A stretch of DNA of 64,000 nucleotides from Armatimonadota bacterium. Lineage in GTDB: Bacteria > Armatimonadota > UBA5829 > DSUL01. This document shows, piece by piece, positions 1 to 9,925 of the stretch (the stretch's first letter is position 1; the number at the start of each line of letters is the position of its first letter). The notes beneath the pieces were generated by a model. It was not told the origin of the DNA. It made no database searches and saw nothing but the letters and a program-made list of their open reading frames with translations. A program made the translations under genes and the position numbers. The DNA is taken from assembly GCA_039811685.1 (NCBI GenBank), contig JBDHZC010000006.1:129128-193127 (forward strand), given 5' to 3'.

Positions 1-292
1 CGCTGACAAGGCCGCCTGCAACCCGGAACACTTCTATCTCGATTCTTCCGTCGTGCGAGAGCGTGTGGAGCATGTGCAGGCAGAACAGGATTACAGACGC
101 GTTCAGAGCCCTCTGGACGGAAGAGAGATTATGCAGCTTGCAGGTATTGGCCCGGGGCCAAAGGTTGGCCAGTACAAAGAGGCGCTGATCAATGAGATGC
201 TGGAGGGGCGTCTGTCACCGGATGACACGCCCAAAGCGCGCAGCATCCTGAAGCAACTGGTGGAGAAAGATCATGGCGGCCAGGACAACTAA
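1..292 (+). CDS. CCA-adding tRNA nucleotidyltransferase / HD-domain protein, C-terminal part (5' truncated by window)
   Basis: Frame is open from base 2 (ADKAACNPEH...). The C-terminal 'SPLDGREIMQLAGIGPGPKVGQYKEAL' is typical of CCA/poly(A) polymerase tails. Overlaps the smpB start. Confidence 0.7.
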   Translation, partial: ADKAACNPEHFYLDSSVVRERVEHVQAEQDYRRVQSPLDGREIMQLAGIGPGPKVGQYKEALINEMLEGRLSPDDTPKARSILKQLVEKDHGGQDN

Positions 293-743
293 GGCAGCGG
301 CCCGGACGGGCACACCCTCAATTGAAAACCGCAAAGCGCGTCACGAGTATTTCATTGACGACTCTTTTGAGGCGGGTATCGCGCTGGCGGGCTCGGAGGT
401 CAAATCACTCCGGCAGGGCAACGCCAGCCTGCAGGACAGCTATTGTCAGATCCGAAACGGCGAAATCTGGCTGGAAAACATGTACATCCAGCCTTACCGG
501 GAAGCGAACCGTTGGAACGTTGAAGAGAGACGACCTCGCAAGTTGCTCGTGCGCAAAGGGGACATCCTGCGCTGGCAGCAAAAATCGCAGGAGAAGGGCA
601 TCGCTCTCATCCCACTCAAACTGTACTTTACGCGCGGATGGGCTAAAGTTCAGATTGGAGTGGCGCGAGGTAAAAAGCAGTACGACAAACGCGACGCTAT
701 CAAGGAGCGCGATATTCAGCGCGACGTGAGATGGGGAGAGTAG
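273..743 (+). CDS. smpB: SsrA-binding protein SmpB
   Basis: NRKARHEYFI, EAGIALAGSEVKSLR and ARGKKQYDKR motifs. Confidence 0.97.
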   Translation: MAARTTKAAARTGTPSIENRKARHEYFIDDSFEAGIALAGSEVKSLRQGNASLQDSYCQIRNGEIWLENMYIQPYREANRWNVEERRPRKLLVRKGDILRWQQKSQEKGIALIPLKLYFTRGWAKVQIGVARGKKQYDKRDAIKERDIQRDVRWGE

Positions 744-891
744 CCAGGCAGGCGGCCTTGAGCATGCAAGAAAAGCCTGTAAGACGCCCTAATGTCGCAC
801 CTGGAGGGCGCGAGGATGTGAGGGCACGCGCATTAGTGGAATACTCTTGTAGCCCGCATTGCTCTGAGAATCCGCGGGCGCTGGATAGTCT

Positions 892-1824
892 ATGAATCAT
901 GCACTGGTTACCGGCGGAGCCGGATTTCTGGGATCACATCTGGGGGATTTGCTGCTGGAGCGCGGATGGCGCGTGACGGTGATGGACAATCTCATCACTG
1001 GCGACACTCGCAACATCGCACACAATGTTGACAATCCCAACTTTCGATTTATCCACTACGACGTCACGAACTATCTGTTCGTACCGGACAAACTGGATGC
1101 GGTGTTCCACTTTGCCTCTCCAGCCAGCCCGATAGACTATCTCCAGCTTCCAATCCAAACGCTCAAAGTAGGCTCATTGGGAACACACAAAGCGCTCGGG
1201 CTGGCGAAAGCTCATGGCGCGCGTTTTCTGCTGGCCTCAACGTCAGAGGTCTATGGTGACCCTCTGGTACACCCGCAGACAGAGGACTACTGGGGCAATG
1301 TTAACCCGGTCGGCCCGCGCGGCGTTTACGATGAGGCCAAGCGCTTCGCCGAAGCCATGACCATGGCGTACCACAGGTTTCACGGCGTAGATACCAAGAT
1401 CGTGCGAATCTTCAACACTTACGGCCCGCGCATGCGCCTCAATGACGGGCGCGTCGTGCCAGCTTTTGTCGGGCAGGCGCTGCGTGGCGAGGAGTTGACT
1501 GTTTTCGGGGACGGCTCTCAGACCCGCAGCTTCTGCTACGTCAGCGACCTGATCGAAGGCATTTACCGCCTGGCAATGAGCGAAGAAAACAACCCGACCA
1601 ACATTGGCAACCCCTCTGAGATGACAGTGCTGGATTTCGCCAAAGCCATCAGGAAAGCGACCGGTTCCAATAGCAATATCATTTTTCAAGAGCTGCCAGT
1701 GGATGACCCCAAAGTGCGCCAGCCCGACATCTCCAAGGCGCGCCGGCTACTGGACTGGGAGCCGGAGATACCGCTGGAAGAAGGCATCCGGCGGACTATC
1801 GACTACTTCAGGGACAAGGTCTGA
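892..1824 (+). CDS. UDP-glucuronate decarboxylase (UDP-xylose synthase) family NAD-dependent epimerase/dehydratase
   Basis: [39 protein letters not shown] and [10 protein letters not shown] motifs. Confidence 0.92.
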   Translation: MNHALVTGGAGFLGSHLGDLLLERGWRVTVMDNLITGDTRNIAHNVDNPNFRFIHYDVTNYLFVPDKLDAVFHFASPASPIDYLQLPIQTLKVGSLGTHKALGLAKAHGARFLLASTSEVYGDPLVHPQTEDYWGNVNPVGPRGVYDEAKRFAEAMTMAYHRFHGVDTKIVRIFNTYGPRMRLNDGRVVPAFVGQALRGEELTVFGDGSQTRSFCYVSDLIEGIYRLAMSEENNPTNIGNPSEMTVLDFAKAIRKATGSNSNIIFQELPVDDPKVRQPDISKARRLLDWEPEIPLEEGIRRTIDYFRDKV

Positions 1825-1993
1825 AGCGCCCGCCTTCGCCGCGCTCGGAAAGCAGGCTGCGGACTTCCGAGCTCCGAAAACCTTCAGCTCCACGTGTCAC
1901 GATACACAGGAGTCAGATGAGGCAGTGGCCGAGTCCCGGGAAAAGAATGATAATAGTTACTACACTCGTAGAGGAAATCGCCGCAGCACCGAC

Positions 1994-2398
1994 ATGGAAC
2001 ACGATCAAGGGCTTCAGATAACACAACAGCGTCAGGCCGTACTCAGGACGGTTCAGCAGGCGTGCGGGCACATAGATGCTGGAGAGGTCTATCAGCGCGT
2101 TCGCCGCCTCCTTCCCAGGATCAGCCTGGGCACTGTGTACCGGGCCCTTGGGGCGCTGCGGGACGCGGGTCTGATCTATGAGATCGTGAACAGCAGCGGG
2201 CCGGCGCTCTACGACGGCAACCTCAACGCACACCAGCACATTATCTGCCGGTCCTGCGGCAAAGTGGAAGACATGGATGTGGAGCTTCCAGTTACGCTGT
2301 TGGAGCGCTCTGCATCGGCCAGTGGTTTTTCCTCTATTGAGCAGAGCCGGATAGACTTCCACGGCATCTGTCAGGAGTGCGCATCCGCGCGAAACTGA
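1994..2398 (+). CDS. Fur/PerR-family transcriptional regulator
   Basis: ITQQR, SLGTVYRAL, HQHIICRSCG and C-terminal GICQEC. Likely ATG at 1994; the upstream part of the 1703 ORF is probably non-coding. Confidence 0.9.
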   Translation: MEHDQGLQITQQRQAVLRTVQQACGHIDAGEVYQRVRRLLPRISLGTVYRALGALRDAGLIYEIVNSSGPALYDGNLNAHQHIICRSCGKVEDMDVELPVTLLERSASASGFSSIEQSRIDFHGICQECASARN

Positions 2399-2465
2399 GG
2401 TAGCGGGAAAGGCGCGCAGCACAAGCGCAGAACGCCGCACTGGCGCCTCCCCTCTTTGACAAAGG

Positions 2466-3083
2466 CTACAACCCTGGATCCGGATCCGGCGCAGCCCCCG
2501 GAGGTGGCATTGGGCCACCGGGAGGCGGAGTTCCGGGCTGACCAGGTCCAGGACGTCCCGGGCCCTGCAACGATCGCAATGGGCGCCGGGTCCTCTCACG
2601 CAGCAGTTCCGTCAGCTTTGCGTTTTGCTCAGGCGTGAGCTGAGCGCGCGCCTGCACCCAAAAGTCGATACCGATCTCTGCGACCTTTAGCCTGATACTG
2701 TTGATGCGCGCAACGAGGTCTTTTGCCGCAGCGGCGTCAGGTGTGCTCGAAAGCATCGCATCCGCCAGTTGTTTATGAAGCGGCGGGATCTGCTCCAGAA
2801 GCGGACGCGTGGACCCCAGCTTGGAGTTCGCCAGCTTGCGAATGGTCTCTTTTTGCTGGTCGGTCAGATCAAGCTGCTGCCCGAGCCGCATCAAGTCACC
2901 TGGCGGCGCAACAAGCGTCTCCGTATTAATGCCGTCACGGACCGGAGGACGCACGCGGTCTGCGGGCCTTTCAGGTCGCGGGGAAGCAGCTGGACGCTCT
3001 GCAGCTTTAGTTGACAACCCGGAAACAGCCAGCACTACAGCTACTCCCAGTGACAAAGCTGTCAGTCTCACTGTTGTATTCAT
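2466..3083 (-). CDS. Spy/CpxP-family periplasmic chaperone (LTXXQ motifs) with Pro/Gly-rich tail
   Basis: Signal peptide, LDLTDQQK and QLTPEQ motifs. GAGGAG RBS before ATG 3083. Confidence 0.8.
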   Translation of the reverse strand: MNTTVRLTALSLGVAVVLAVSGLSTKAAERPAASPRPERPADRVRPPVRDGINTETLVAPPGDLMRLGQQLDLTDQQKETIRKLANSKLGSTRPLLEQIPPLHKQLADAMLSSTPDAAAAKDLVARINSIRLKVAEIGIDFWVQARAQLTPEQNAKLTELLRERTRRPLRSLQGPGRPGPGQPGTPPPGGPMPPPGAAPDPDPGL

Positions 3084-3158
3084 GTGTTTTGTTCTCCTCA
3101 GAACTGTCCGTATCGCTCTGATGCGCGACGGACACTGCAAGCGCTGGACAAACGGCGG

Positions 3159-4238
3159 TCAGCCACCGGCTCGCAAGCGCGCCAGCGCCTGCTGCGCCTC
3201 TTCATAGCCCGGCCTGATTTCCAGCGCACGCCGGTAAAGCCGCTCTGCAGCGCGCCTGTCTCCGATCTTTTCGTAGACTTCTCCCTGCCGCATCGCCAGA
3301 CTCGGCCAGCGCTCGCCGCCAAGGTCTGACGCCCGGCTGAAGGCTTTGAGAGCCTTTTCATACTCCGACTGGCCCTGATAAACACAGCCGATAAAGTAAG
3401 AAGGTGTGGCTCGGTCAGGCGCAAGAGCTGCAGCCTGCTCAAACTGAAACAGGGCTTCCTGGTTATCTGAAACGCTCATCAGCGCGCGGCCGTACTCCAG
3501 CCGCAACCCATAGGCAGCCGGGTCCAGCGCGATGGCAGCTTTCAACTGGGCAACGCGCTCACGCTTCTTGCCGATCTTGTCATAGGCTCTGGCCAGAGAA
3601 AGCCGCAGAGCAACGGAATCCGGTCTTTTCGTCACCTGGTCCTGCAGCAGCTCAACGGCTTTGTCAGCGCGTCCACTCTTGAGCAAGTCCTGTGCCTGCC
3701 TCGAGACCCGCAACTCTTCTTCGGAGGGCATATTGCGCCCGTGTCCGAGTGAGTGGACAATAACACGCTCCAGGTCCGGCATCTGGTACAAAGCAACCTG
3801 GCCTTCTACCAGAGTTGTCACAGCACCCTTGGAATCCGTGTTGAATGCGAACAGCCACAAGCCGTCAGGCGAGGTGTAAGCCGCGCCCTGACGAGCGCCG
3901 ATATCATCCTGAACCAGTGGAACCCACTTGAGAGCCTGCATTTGCGGCGTGTAATGCTCGCGCAAGCTCCGCGCCAGAGCTTCGCGGTCTATGGGCGGCC
4001 TGGATCGACGGGTTGAAGACGGCGCATAGCGGCGGACGACTACGCTTCTTATGCCCTCCAGGCCGGTGTGGCGCTCGGACATTCGCTCCAGCATAGCGCC
4101 CTGCAAACGAAACTCATGCACCTGCGTCAGGCCGGGCGGCGGCGCAATTGCAGGTGGGACGCTTCCGGCAGAAGATGTGGCCTCAGCGAAAGCGCTGGCA
4201 GCGCTGAAAACAACAACGAGAAGCCAGCGCAATCTCAC
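3159..4238 (-). CDS. Secreted TPR-repeat protein with possible DUF4252-like N-terminal domain
   Basis: Signal peptide, several TPR units in the C-terminal half (e.g. AAERLYRRALEIRPGYEEA), and N-terminal 'LEGIRSVVVRRY'. Confidence 0.7.
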   Translation of the reverse strand: MRLRWLLVVVFSAASAFAEATSSAGSVPPAIAPPPGLTQVHEFRLQGAMLERMSERHTGLEGIRSVVVRRYAPSSTRRSRPPIDREALARSLREHYTPQMQALKWVPLVQDDIGARQGAAYTSPDGLWLFAFNTDSKGAVTTLVEGQVALYQMPDLERVIVHSLGHGRNMPSEEELRVSRQAQDLLKSGRADKAVELLQDQVTKRPDSVALRLSLARAYDKIGKKRERVAQLKAAIALDPAAYGLRLEYGRALMSVSDNQEALFQFEQAAALAPDRATPSYFIGCVYQGQSEYEKALKAFSRASDLGGERWPSLAMRQGEVYEKIGDRRAAERLYRRALEIRPGYEEAQQALARLRAGG

Positions 4239-5023
4239 AGCCAGTCCTCCGACCTGATATCCGTGAGCGAACTCACCGGATCGTCCATTTCAGCAGCAGC
4301 CAGCAGAGGCTGCATACCGGTTGAGACGGTCTCTGCAATATCTCTGGTTGTGCTGGCAGGTTCAGAAACCGTGTCATGCGCAAACGCGGGATCTGGCTCA
4401 GAGTAGGCGGTGGAGCCGGCCGGATGTCTGGCTACGCGCCAGTTGTGTCGCAAAGCTGCCGGAGAACCCGGGCTGCGAGCGACACGTCTGTTGGCGCGCG
4501 CTTTGACTGCGACATCCGGAGACACAGCGGGCGCAAGAGCGGGGTTGTCCTGCGCGGAAGCGGAATTGTCTTCTGCTCCACTGGCTACACGGTTCTGGTT
4601 ATGAGGCAAAGAGGGCGCCAGCCCGGACGGGGCACTGACAGCAGACCGGGATGACGAAGGTGGCGTCTGTCCACTGTCCGCCATATTGACAGGCCGGCTG
4701 TGCAGCAAGCTCAGCACTACGCCCGCCACAAGCGCAACACCTCCAACACCGGCCACAACAGGCTTCCAGAGTCTCCACACTGGTGAAGGCTGTGAACGGG
4801 CGGATTCGTTTTCGAGCTGATAACGCAGGCGCTCCCAGCCTCCGGCACGAGGTTCCTGCCGCTCCAGACAGCCAAGGGCCTCAACAGCGCTCTGCAGGCT
4901 CTGATGGCACGTCCGGCATGAAGCGCATGCTTCAAGGTGCTCTTCGACTTGCCGACGCTGACGGCTGTCGAGTTGGGAGTCAATATAGAGCGAGATATGT
5001 TTTCGGACCAGACGGCAGGTCAC
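4235..5023 (-). CDS. Zinc-finger (zf-HC2) membrane anti-sigma factor
   Basis: C...HLEACASC motif and one TM segment, directly downstream of the ECF sigma gene. Confidence 0.88.
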   Translation of the reverse strand: MTCRLVRKHISLYIDSQLDSRQRRQVEEHLEACASCRTCHQSLQSAVEALGCLERQEPRAGGWERLRYQLENESARSQPSPVWRLWKPVVAGVGGVALVAGVVLSLLHSRPVNMADSGQTPPSSSRSAVSAPSGLAPSLPHNQNRVASGAEDNSASAQDNPALAPAVSPDVAVKARANRRVARSPGSPAALRHNWRVARHPAGSTAYSEPDPAFAHDTVSEPASTTRDIAETVSTGMQPLLAAAEMDDPVSSLTDIRSEDWL

Positions 5024-5630
5024 CGTGGGAATCCTCCGACAGATAGGGTGTCAAGGCCTTTCGAAATGCCTCACGCGCCCTGTGTAAGCGAACATTTAGC
5101 GAATTGACGGAGCAGCCGACTATGGCGGCAATCTCCTCATACGACCGATCTTCCAGATGCCGCAACACAATCAATACCCGATAGTGCGGCGCCACCTTTG
5201 ACAGAGCAGCCTGCACAGCCTCCTGTGAGAGTTTTCTGCCAAGCTCCTGCTCTGGATGACCTTCAGACGAATCCTTCACGGGCTCCCAGCTTCCGTCTTC
5301 GCCCATCTGTTCAATGGAAGCGGCCGGCTTTCTACGGCGAATTTCATCAAGACAGACATTGGTAGCAATACGATACAGCCACGTCGAAAAACGCGCCTCT
5401 CCTTTGAAGCCCTTCAGTGATCGATGCGCCTTTAGAAACACTTCCTGCCTGACATCTTCCGCATCTTCCGCGTTACCCAGCATGCGCAGCACCAGGTTGT
5501 AAACGCCGGACCCGTATTCGTCGTAAAGCAGTCCGTAAGCGTCCAGGTCCCCTGCGCGGGCGCGCTCTATTAGCTGTTTTTCGTCAGACTGCGACTTCGA
5601 TGCAGGCAGGCTCTTTGCGTTCTGGTGCAA
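4980..5630 (-). CDS. ECF RNA polymerase sigma factor
   Basis: DAEDVRQEVF, FSTWLYRIATN and SYEEIA...VRLHRAR motifs. Confidence 0.93.
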   Translation of the reverse strand: MHQNAKSLPASKSQSDEKQLIERARAGDLDAYGLLYDEYGSGVYNLVLRMLGNAEDAEDVRQEVFLKAHRSLKGFKGEARFSTWLYRIATNVCLDEIRRRKPAASIEQMGEDGSWEPVKDSSEGHPEQELGRKLSQEAVQAALSKVAPHYRVLIVLRHLEDRSYEEIAAIVGCSVNSLNVRLHRAREAFRKALTPYLSEDSHGDLPSGPKTYLALY

Positions 5631-5662
5631 GAGTCATTTCCCTCACGATTTTCCCCTGTGGA

Positions 5663-5692
5663 TTTGACGCGTACATGCGCGAATCCTTAACA
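5663..5692 (-). promoter_or_regulatory. Candidate ECF-type autoregulatory promoter
   Basis: Minus strand TGTTAAG-N16-CGTCAAA, about 35 nt upstream of the sigma start. Confidence 0.5.
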
Positions 5693-5734
5693 CTGCTATC
5701 TTGCCGGGATTGCGCAAGAGTCCCTGAAACGCAA

Positions 5735-5763
5735 GCAGGCGAGCGGGAGTCCCGCTCGCCTGC
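5735..5763 (-). terminator. Perfect 13-bp hairpin after the LuxR gene
   Basis: GCAGGCGAGCGGG-AGT-CCCGCTCGCCTGC. Confidence 0.65.
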
Positions 5764-5795
5764 GCAAAATGCCGTATCGTCAGTAGGTCTCCGGG

Positions 5796-6059
5796 CTAGT
5801 GCGTCATCACGTTAGAGATCAAGCCCAGAGTCGCCGCGCGGCGAACCGCCTGAATCCGGTTATTCACCTGCAGCTTCTCGTAAATTCTGGCGAGATGAAA
5901 ATCAACAGTCCGTTTGGAACAGAAGAGCTCAGAGGCCACTTCCTTGTTGGACTTGCCTTCCACCACGAGACCAAGCACTTCCGATTCGCGCTTAGTCAGT
6001 TGAATATCGCGTCCCACCCCCAGTAACGGGGACGCATTGGCCAAAGCTTCGCGTGCCAT
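5796..6059 (-). CDS. Stand-alone LuxR-type HTH regulator
   Basis: LTKRESEVL...GKSNKEVA..LFCSKRTVDFHLARIYEKL. No receiver domain. Likely ATG at 6059. Confidence 0.88.
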   Translation of the reverse strand: MAREALANASPLLGVGRDIQLTKRESEVLGLVVEGKSNKEVASELFCSKRTVDFHLARIYEKLQVNNRIQAVRRAATLGLISNVMTH

Positions 6060-6494
6060 TCCCTTCACCTTCTCCTCCGAGAGAAGAGGCCGGTTGCGAT
6101 GGAGCCAGAGGTCCCCTGCAGGCTGTCCCGATCCTGCCGGGACGCGCCACATCGCGGATGCAGCAGCTTTGACGTGGAAATCGAAGCATCACACACACAT
6201 GTGCTGCGTATGCGAAGCGAGGATAGCCGCCTGGGCGCTGCGACAGCCTCTATCTGTCAGAGCCTACCCCACCCGCCGGCTTGAGCCTGTTTCTACGCTG
6301 GATCGGATATGACTCTCACGGAGATTCTTTGGTGCTAGCAATTATAACAGCTTCGAGCGCTCTGACGCAAGGTTTGCAGGGAAACTTTGGCGATTTCTGC
6401 TGGAAGAGCCTGGCTGTTGCGACTGGGTCTTAGAACTGCGCCCACAAGACCCGCCGGTGATCGTCAGAAGTCACGCGCTCAGCACAGCCAGGCG

Positions 6495-7328
6495 TTATAG
6501 GCCCACAGCCGTATAGCGCTTCAGTCCGACGCGCCACAGAATCTGACCCAGCATCGCAGTCACAGCAATCCAGCAGAGCTGGTAGGCCAGCCCAACAGCA
6601 ACTGAAGCCTGGGGAACTCTCCCCAGGAAGATGTTCACCGGAAACCAGAGCACGTACGAAAACGGCAACATGTGGGCGATCTGACTGATGACCTTCGGAA
6701 GCATCTGTAAAGGCGCCATCTGCCCTGCCAGAAAACCGCCAATCATATAATAGAACTCAAACAGCCCGCCCACTTCCACCAGGAAGAACGCCGACTGCCC
6801 GAGACACCAGCTAATCTGGTAGCTGAGAACATGCGCCAGCGCAAGGCTGACCCAGAACGTCCACCCGATATGGAAATCTTCCCACGCGAGATGACTCCTC
6901 AGCACCAGCAGAGCCAGTCCGAAAAACGGCACAAACATCAGCGAGCGCACCAGCCGCCACGAGACGTTGCTGGCAAAGTTGAACCAGTAGTAGGAGAACG
7001 GACGCGTCAGATAGATTGACAATTTGCCGTCTTTGATGTCGTGCGCAATCTCCCAGGGATGTGCCTGAGCCAGGTTCGCGCACACGCTCATGCACAGATA
7101 GTAGGCGACAAGCTCCGTGCGTGTGAACCCGTTGAGGACCTGCCGATTCCCGAACGCTGCCAGCCACATCAACGGAAGTGTGATGGTGGGCACAGTATCC
7201 GTGAGAATCCAGACGATTCCCTGAGCGCGGTAAGCGAAGGAGTCCTGTAGATGCAGGTTGAACACCGCCCACCACTTTCGCCACCGGGGCGGACGGGCAG
7301 GCGCCAGCGCAACCGTCTGAGTCACCAT
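6495..7328 (-). CDS. ABC-2 type exporter permease
   Basis: Multi-TM protein with 'DIKDGKLSIYLTRP' and 'GLKRYTAVG' end, adjacent to an ABC ATPase. Confidence 0.85.
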   Translation of the reverse strand: MVTQTVALAPARPPRWRKWWAVFNLHLQDSFAYRAQGIVWILTDTVPTITLPLMWLAAFGNRQVLNGFTRTELVAYYLCMSVCANLAQAHPWEIAHDIKDGKLSIYLTRPFSYYWFNFASNVSWRLVRSLMFVPFFGLALLVLRSHLAWEDFHIGWTFWVSLALAHVLSYQISWCLGQSAFFLVEVGGLFEFYYMIGGFLAGQMAPLQMLPKVISQIAHMLPFSYVLWFPVNIFLGRVPQASVAVGLAYQLCWIAVTAMLGQILWRVGLKRYTAVGL

Positions 7329-8338
7329 CAGACCGCCTCTTCCTGCGCGACGGTGGGCGCGGTCTCTTTGCGTTGGAAGATATCGCGAATGACGTCCTCA
7401 ACATCCGGATCTGTAATCTCAATGTCAACAACCGGAAGCCGTGCGAGCATCTCGGCCGCCACTTTCGGCGCAAGTTCTCTTGGAATCTCCACGGCTGCGG
7501 ACAACGCTTCGCGCTGTGTCAGCTTTCCAAAGCAGCTGATTTCCGAATCTTCCACCGGCACACTGAAGGTCAGCCGGAGCTGCTTGGTGTGCGTGAACTG
7601 CGTTACCAGCCGCGACAAAGCATCGTCAAAAATAACCCGTCCGTGGTCTATGATTACGACGCGCTCACACAGCGCGCGCACGTCGTCCATATAGTGGCTG
7701 GTGAGAATGAAGGTCGCCCCTTCCTGCCGGTTTGTCAAAGCGATGAACTCCCGGATACGCTTCTGCGACACGACATCCAGCCCGATCGTAGGCTCATCCA
7801 GAAAAACCACTCGCGGCCGGTGGAGCAGCGCGGCGACGAGCTCGCACTTCATGCGCTCACCCAGAGACAACTTTCGCACCTGCGTGGAGAGAAGATGATC
7901 AATCTCAAGCATTTTCGTCATCTCGCGCACGCGCTTCTGATAATCAGACTGCGGAATCTCGTAAAGCTCTTTGAGGAGCAGGAAAGACTCCTCTGCTGGA
8001 AGGTCCCACCAGAGCTGATTCTTCTGTCCCATCACCAGAGAAAACTGCTTCTGAAACTCCGGACGCCGCTCCCAGGGACGGTAGCCGAGGACTTCCGCCC
8101 TGCCGGAGGTGGGATGCAGGATTCCGGAGAGCATCTTCAGCGTAGTGGTCTTTCCAGCGCCATTGGGCCCGAGAAAGCCCACCAACTCACCGCCGTCCAC
8201 AGACACGTTGATGCGATCTGCGGCCAGGACTTCCTTGTTCCGACGGACAAACAGGCTCTTGACAGCGCCGAGCATGCCTGGCTCCCGCTGGTGGGAGACG
8301 TAAACTTTGGTTAGATCTTCAGCCAGAATAGCCGGCAC
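7328..8338 (-). CDS. ABC transporter ATP-binding protein
   Basis: GPNGAGKTT, LSLGERM and FLDEPT motifs. Likely GTG start at 8338. Confidence 0.93.
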   Translation of the reverse strand: MPAILAEDLTKVYVSHQREPGMLGAVKSLFVRRNKEVLAADRINVSVDGGELVGFLGPNGAGKTTTLKMLSGILHPTSGRAEVLGYRPWERRPEFQKQFSLVMGQKNQLWWDLPAEESFLLLKELYEIPQSDYQKRVREMTKMLEIDHLLSTQVRKLSLGERMKCELVAALLHRPRVVFLDEPTIGLDVVSQKRIREFIALTNRQEGATFILTSHYMDDVRALCERVVIIDHGRVIFDDALSRLVTQFTHTKQLRLTFSVPVEDSEISCFGKLTQREALSAAVEIPRELAPKVAAEMLARLPVVDIEITDPDVEDVIRDIFQRKETAPTVAQEEAV

Positions 8339-8384
8339 GGTCAGATTTCCTCTCGTGAGCAGACCACATCTCCAGCGGCCGCAT

Positions 8385-9185
8385 TTACCCGCCGGCGCTT
8401 GAGTAGTTGCGCACGGCAAACAGCCACAGCCAGCGGCTGGCAATCATCAGGCCCACCGCAAACGCCAGCGCAAGCGGCAGCATCCATACCTGCATCGTCT
8501 GCGCGATGCCTCGCGCCGGCACTGTGGCTATGAACGCCATTGGAATGAAAAACGTGAGAATGTTCTTGAGAACCGTACCTCCAAAGATATCCACCGGGTA
8601 TCGAGCCATCATGCTCACGCTCCAGAACGCAGCATCCAGATTGCGAATACGCACCAACCAGAACGACAGAGTCATGATAAGGCTGTCGATACCGAGCAAG
8701 ATACACAGACTGCACGCCAAGAGGACAACGTAGATAGCAAGTGAGACGGCTGTAACGCTGATGCCCGACACGGAGACTCCATACGCTATCACGAAAACAG
8801 ACAGCAGCGCGCGCGAAAACTCGGCAAGATTGATTGTGCGGGCGGAGGCGAGAAACTGGCTGTCCACCGGTTTGGTGAGCGTCAGATCAAACGTCCCCTT
8901 CTGGATATAATCCGGCAGCATAGACAGATTGGGTGTGAACAGCGCGTTCATCAGCCCCCACGTGAGTGAGAAACTGCCCGCCAGGACAAGCGCCTGTCCC
9001 TTCGTCCACCCGGCTACCGCGTTAGTCTGGCTGTAGACAATTTCGATGAAGAAAATGTAGTACAGAAGCCATGCGCCAGTTGTAAAAGCGTTGGCAAAGA
9101 AGTTGCCGCGAAACTCCATCTCCCGCACAATACAGTTGCGGAAGAACACAAGGTAAAGCCTGAGATAGCGTCGAGCAGTAACCAT
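8385..9185 (-). CDS. ABC-2 type exporter permease
   Basis: Multi-TM protein with 'GTFDLTLTKPVDSQF' and 'YSSAGG' end. Confidence 0.85.
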   Translation of the reverse strand: MVTARRYLRLYLVFFRNCIVREMEFRGNFFANAFTTGAWLLYYIFFIEIVYSQTNAVAGWTKGQALVLAGSFSLTWGLMNALFTPNLSMLPDYIQKGTFDLTLTKPVDSQFLASARTINLAEFSRALLSVFVIAYGVSVSGISVTAVSLAIYVVLLACSLCILLGIDSLIMTLSFWLVRIRNLDAAFWSVSMMARYPVDIFGGTVLKNILTFFIPMAFIATVPARGIAQTMQVWMLPLALAFAVGLMIASRWLWLFAVRNYSSAGG

Positions 9186-9339
9186 AAGAGGGCATGACTG
9201 TATAACCGAAAGCGCTCTCGACGGCAGCCCGCGGCGTTCACAGAGCAGGAAAAACAGGCGTTTTCGCTGAAAGGCTTAAGGAGCGGCAGCGCGCCAAAAG
9301 TCTGGCTGGCCCCGACGCCGCGCGCAGAGCAACTATTCA

Positions 9340-9879
9340 ATGAACTTCGTTAGTCATCTGACTCAGACCATTCAAGACCATCCGGATGCGGTAATCACCA
9401 CAGCGCTGTACTCACTGCTCGCTCTGATGGTGGTAGTCATCTATCTCATAGCGTCTGTCATCTCTCTCAAGAGGAGATACAGCTTTTTGCTGCGCAACGA
9501 ACAGACGCAGGATCTGGGCAACGTGTTCTCTGAGCACAAGCAGCTTCTCGACAGGCTGACAAATGAGCAGAGGCAGACTGAAGGGCGTGTGACGCGCATC
9601 GAGGGGCGGCTGGACAGTACGCTTCAGAAGGTCGGCGTTGTGCGGTTTGATGCTCTTGACGATGTAGGAGGCGAACTGAGCTTTGCCGTAGCCCTGCTGG
9701 ATGCGATGGGCAACGGCGTTGTGCTTTCCAGCCTGTACAGCCGCACAGACTGCCGCACTTACGCCAAGGCTGTGATCGAGGGGAGGTCGGCGCAGTTGCT
9801 TTCCGATGAGGAGCAGGCAGCGTTGACTCAGGCGCAGAGCAGTCCGCTCCCTCTTGCCACAAGGGAGCCGGTGGGCTGA
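9340..9879 (+). CDS. DUF4446-family membrane protein
   Basis: N-terminal TM, coiled coil and 'KVGVVRFDALDDVGGELSFAVALLD...GVVLSSLYSR..CRTYAK'. Confidence 0.82.
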   Translation: MNFVSHLTQTIQDHPDAVITTALYSLLALMVVVIYLIASVISLKRRYSFLLRNEQTQDLGNVFSEHKQLLDRLTNEQRQTEGRVTRIEGRLDSTLQKVGVVRFDALDDVGGELSFAVALLDAMGNGVVLSSLYSRTDCRTYAKAVIEGRSAQLLSDEEQAALTQAQSSPLPLATREPVG

Positions 9880-9925
9880 CTCTCAGCCACGTCTTGAAAC
9901 AGGGGCTGCCTGAAGAGAGGCTGCC

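Noticed and set aside
744..891. Possible tmRNA (ssrA) after smpB
   Set aside because: Only about 150 nt, with no tRNA-like ends or tag reading frame.
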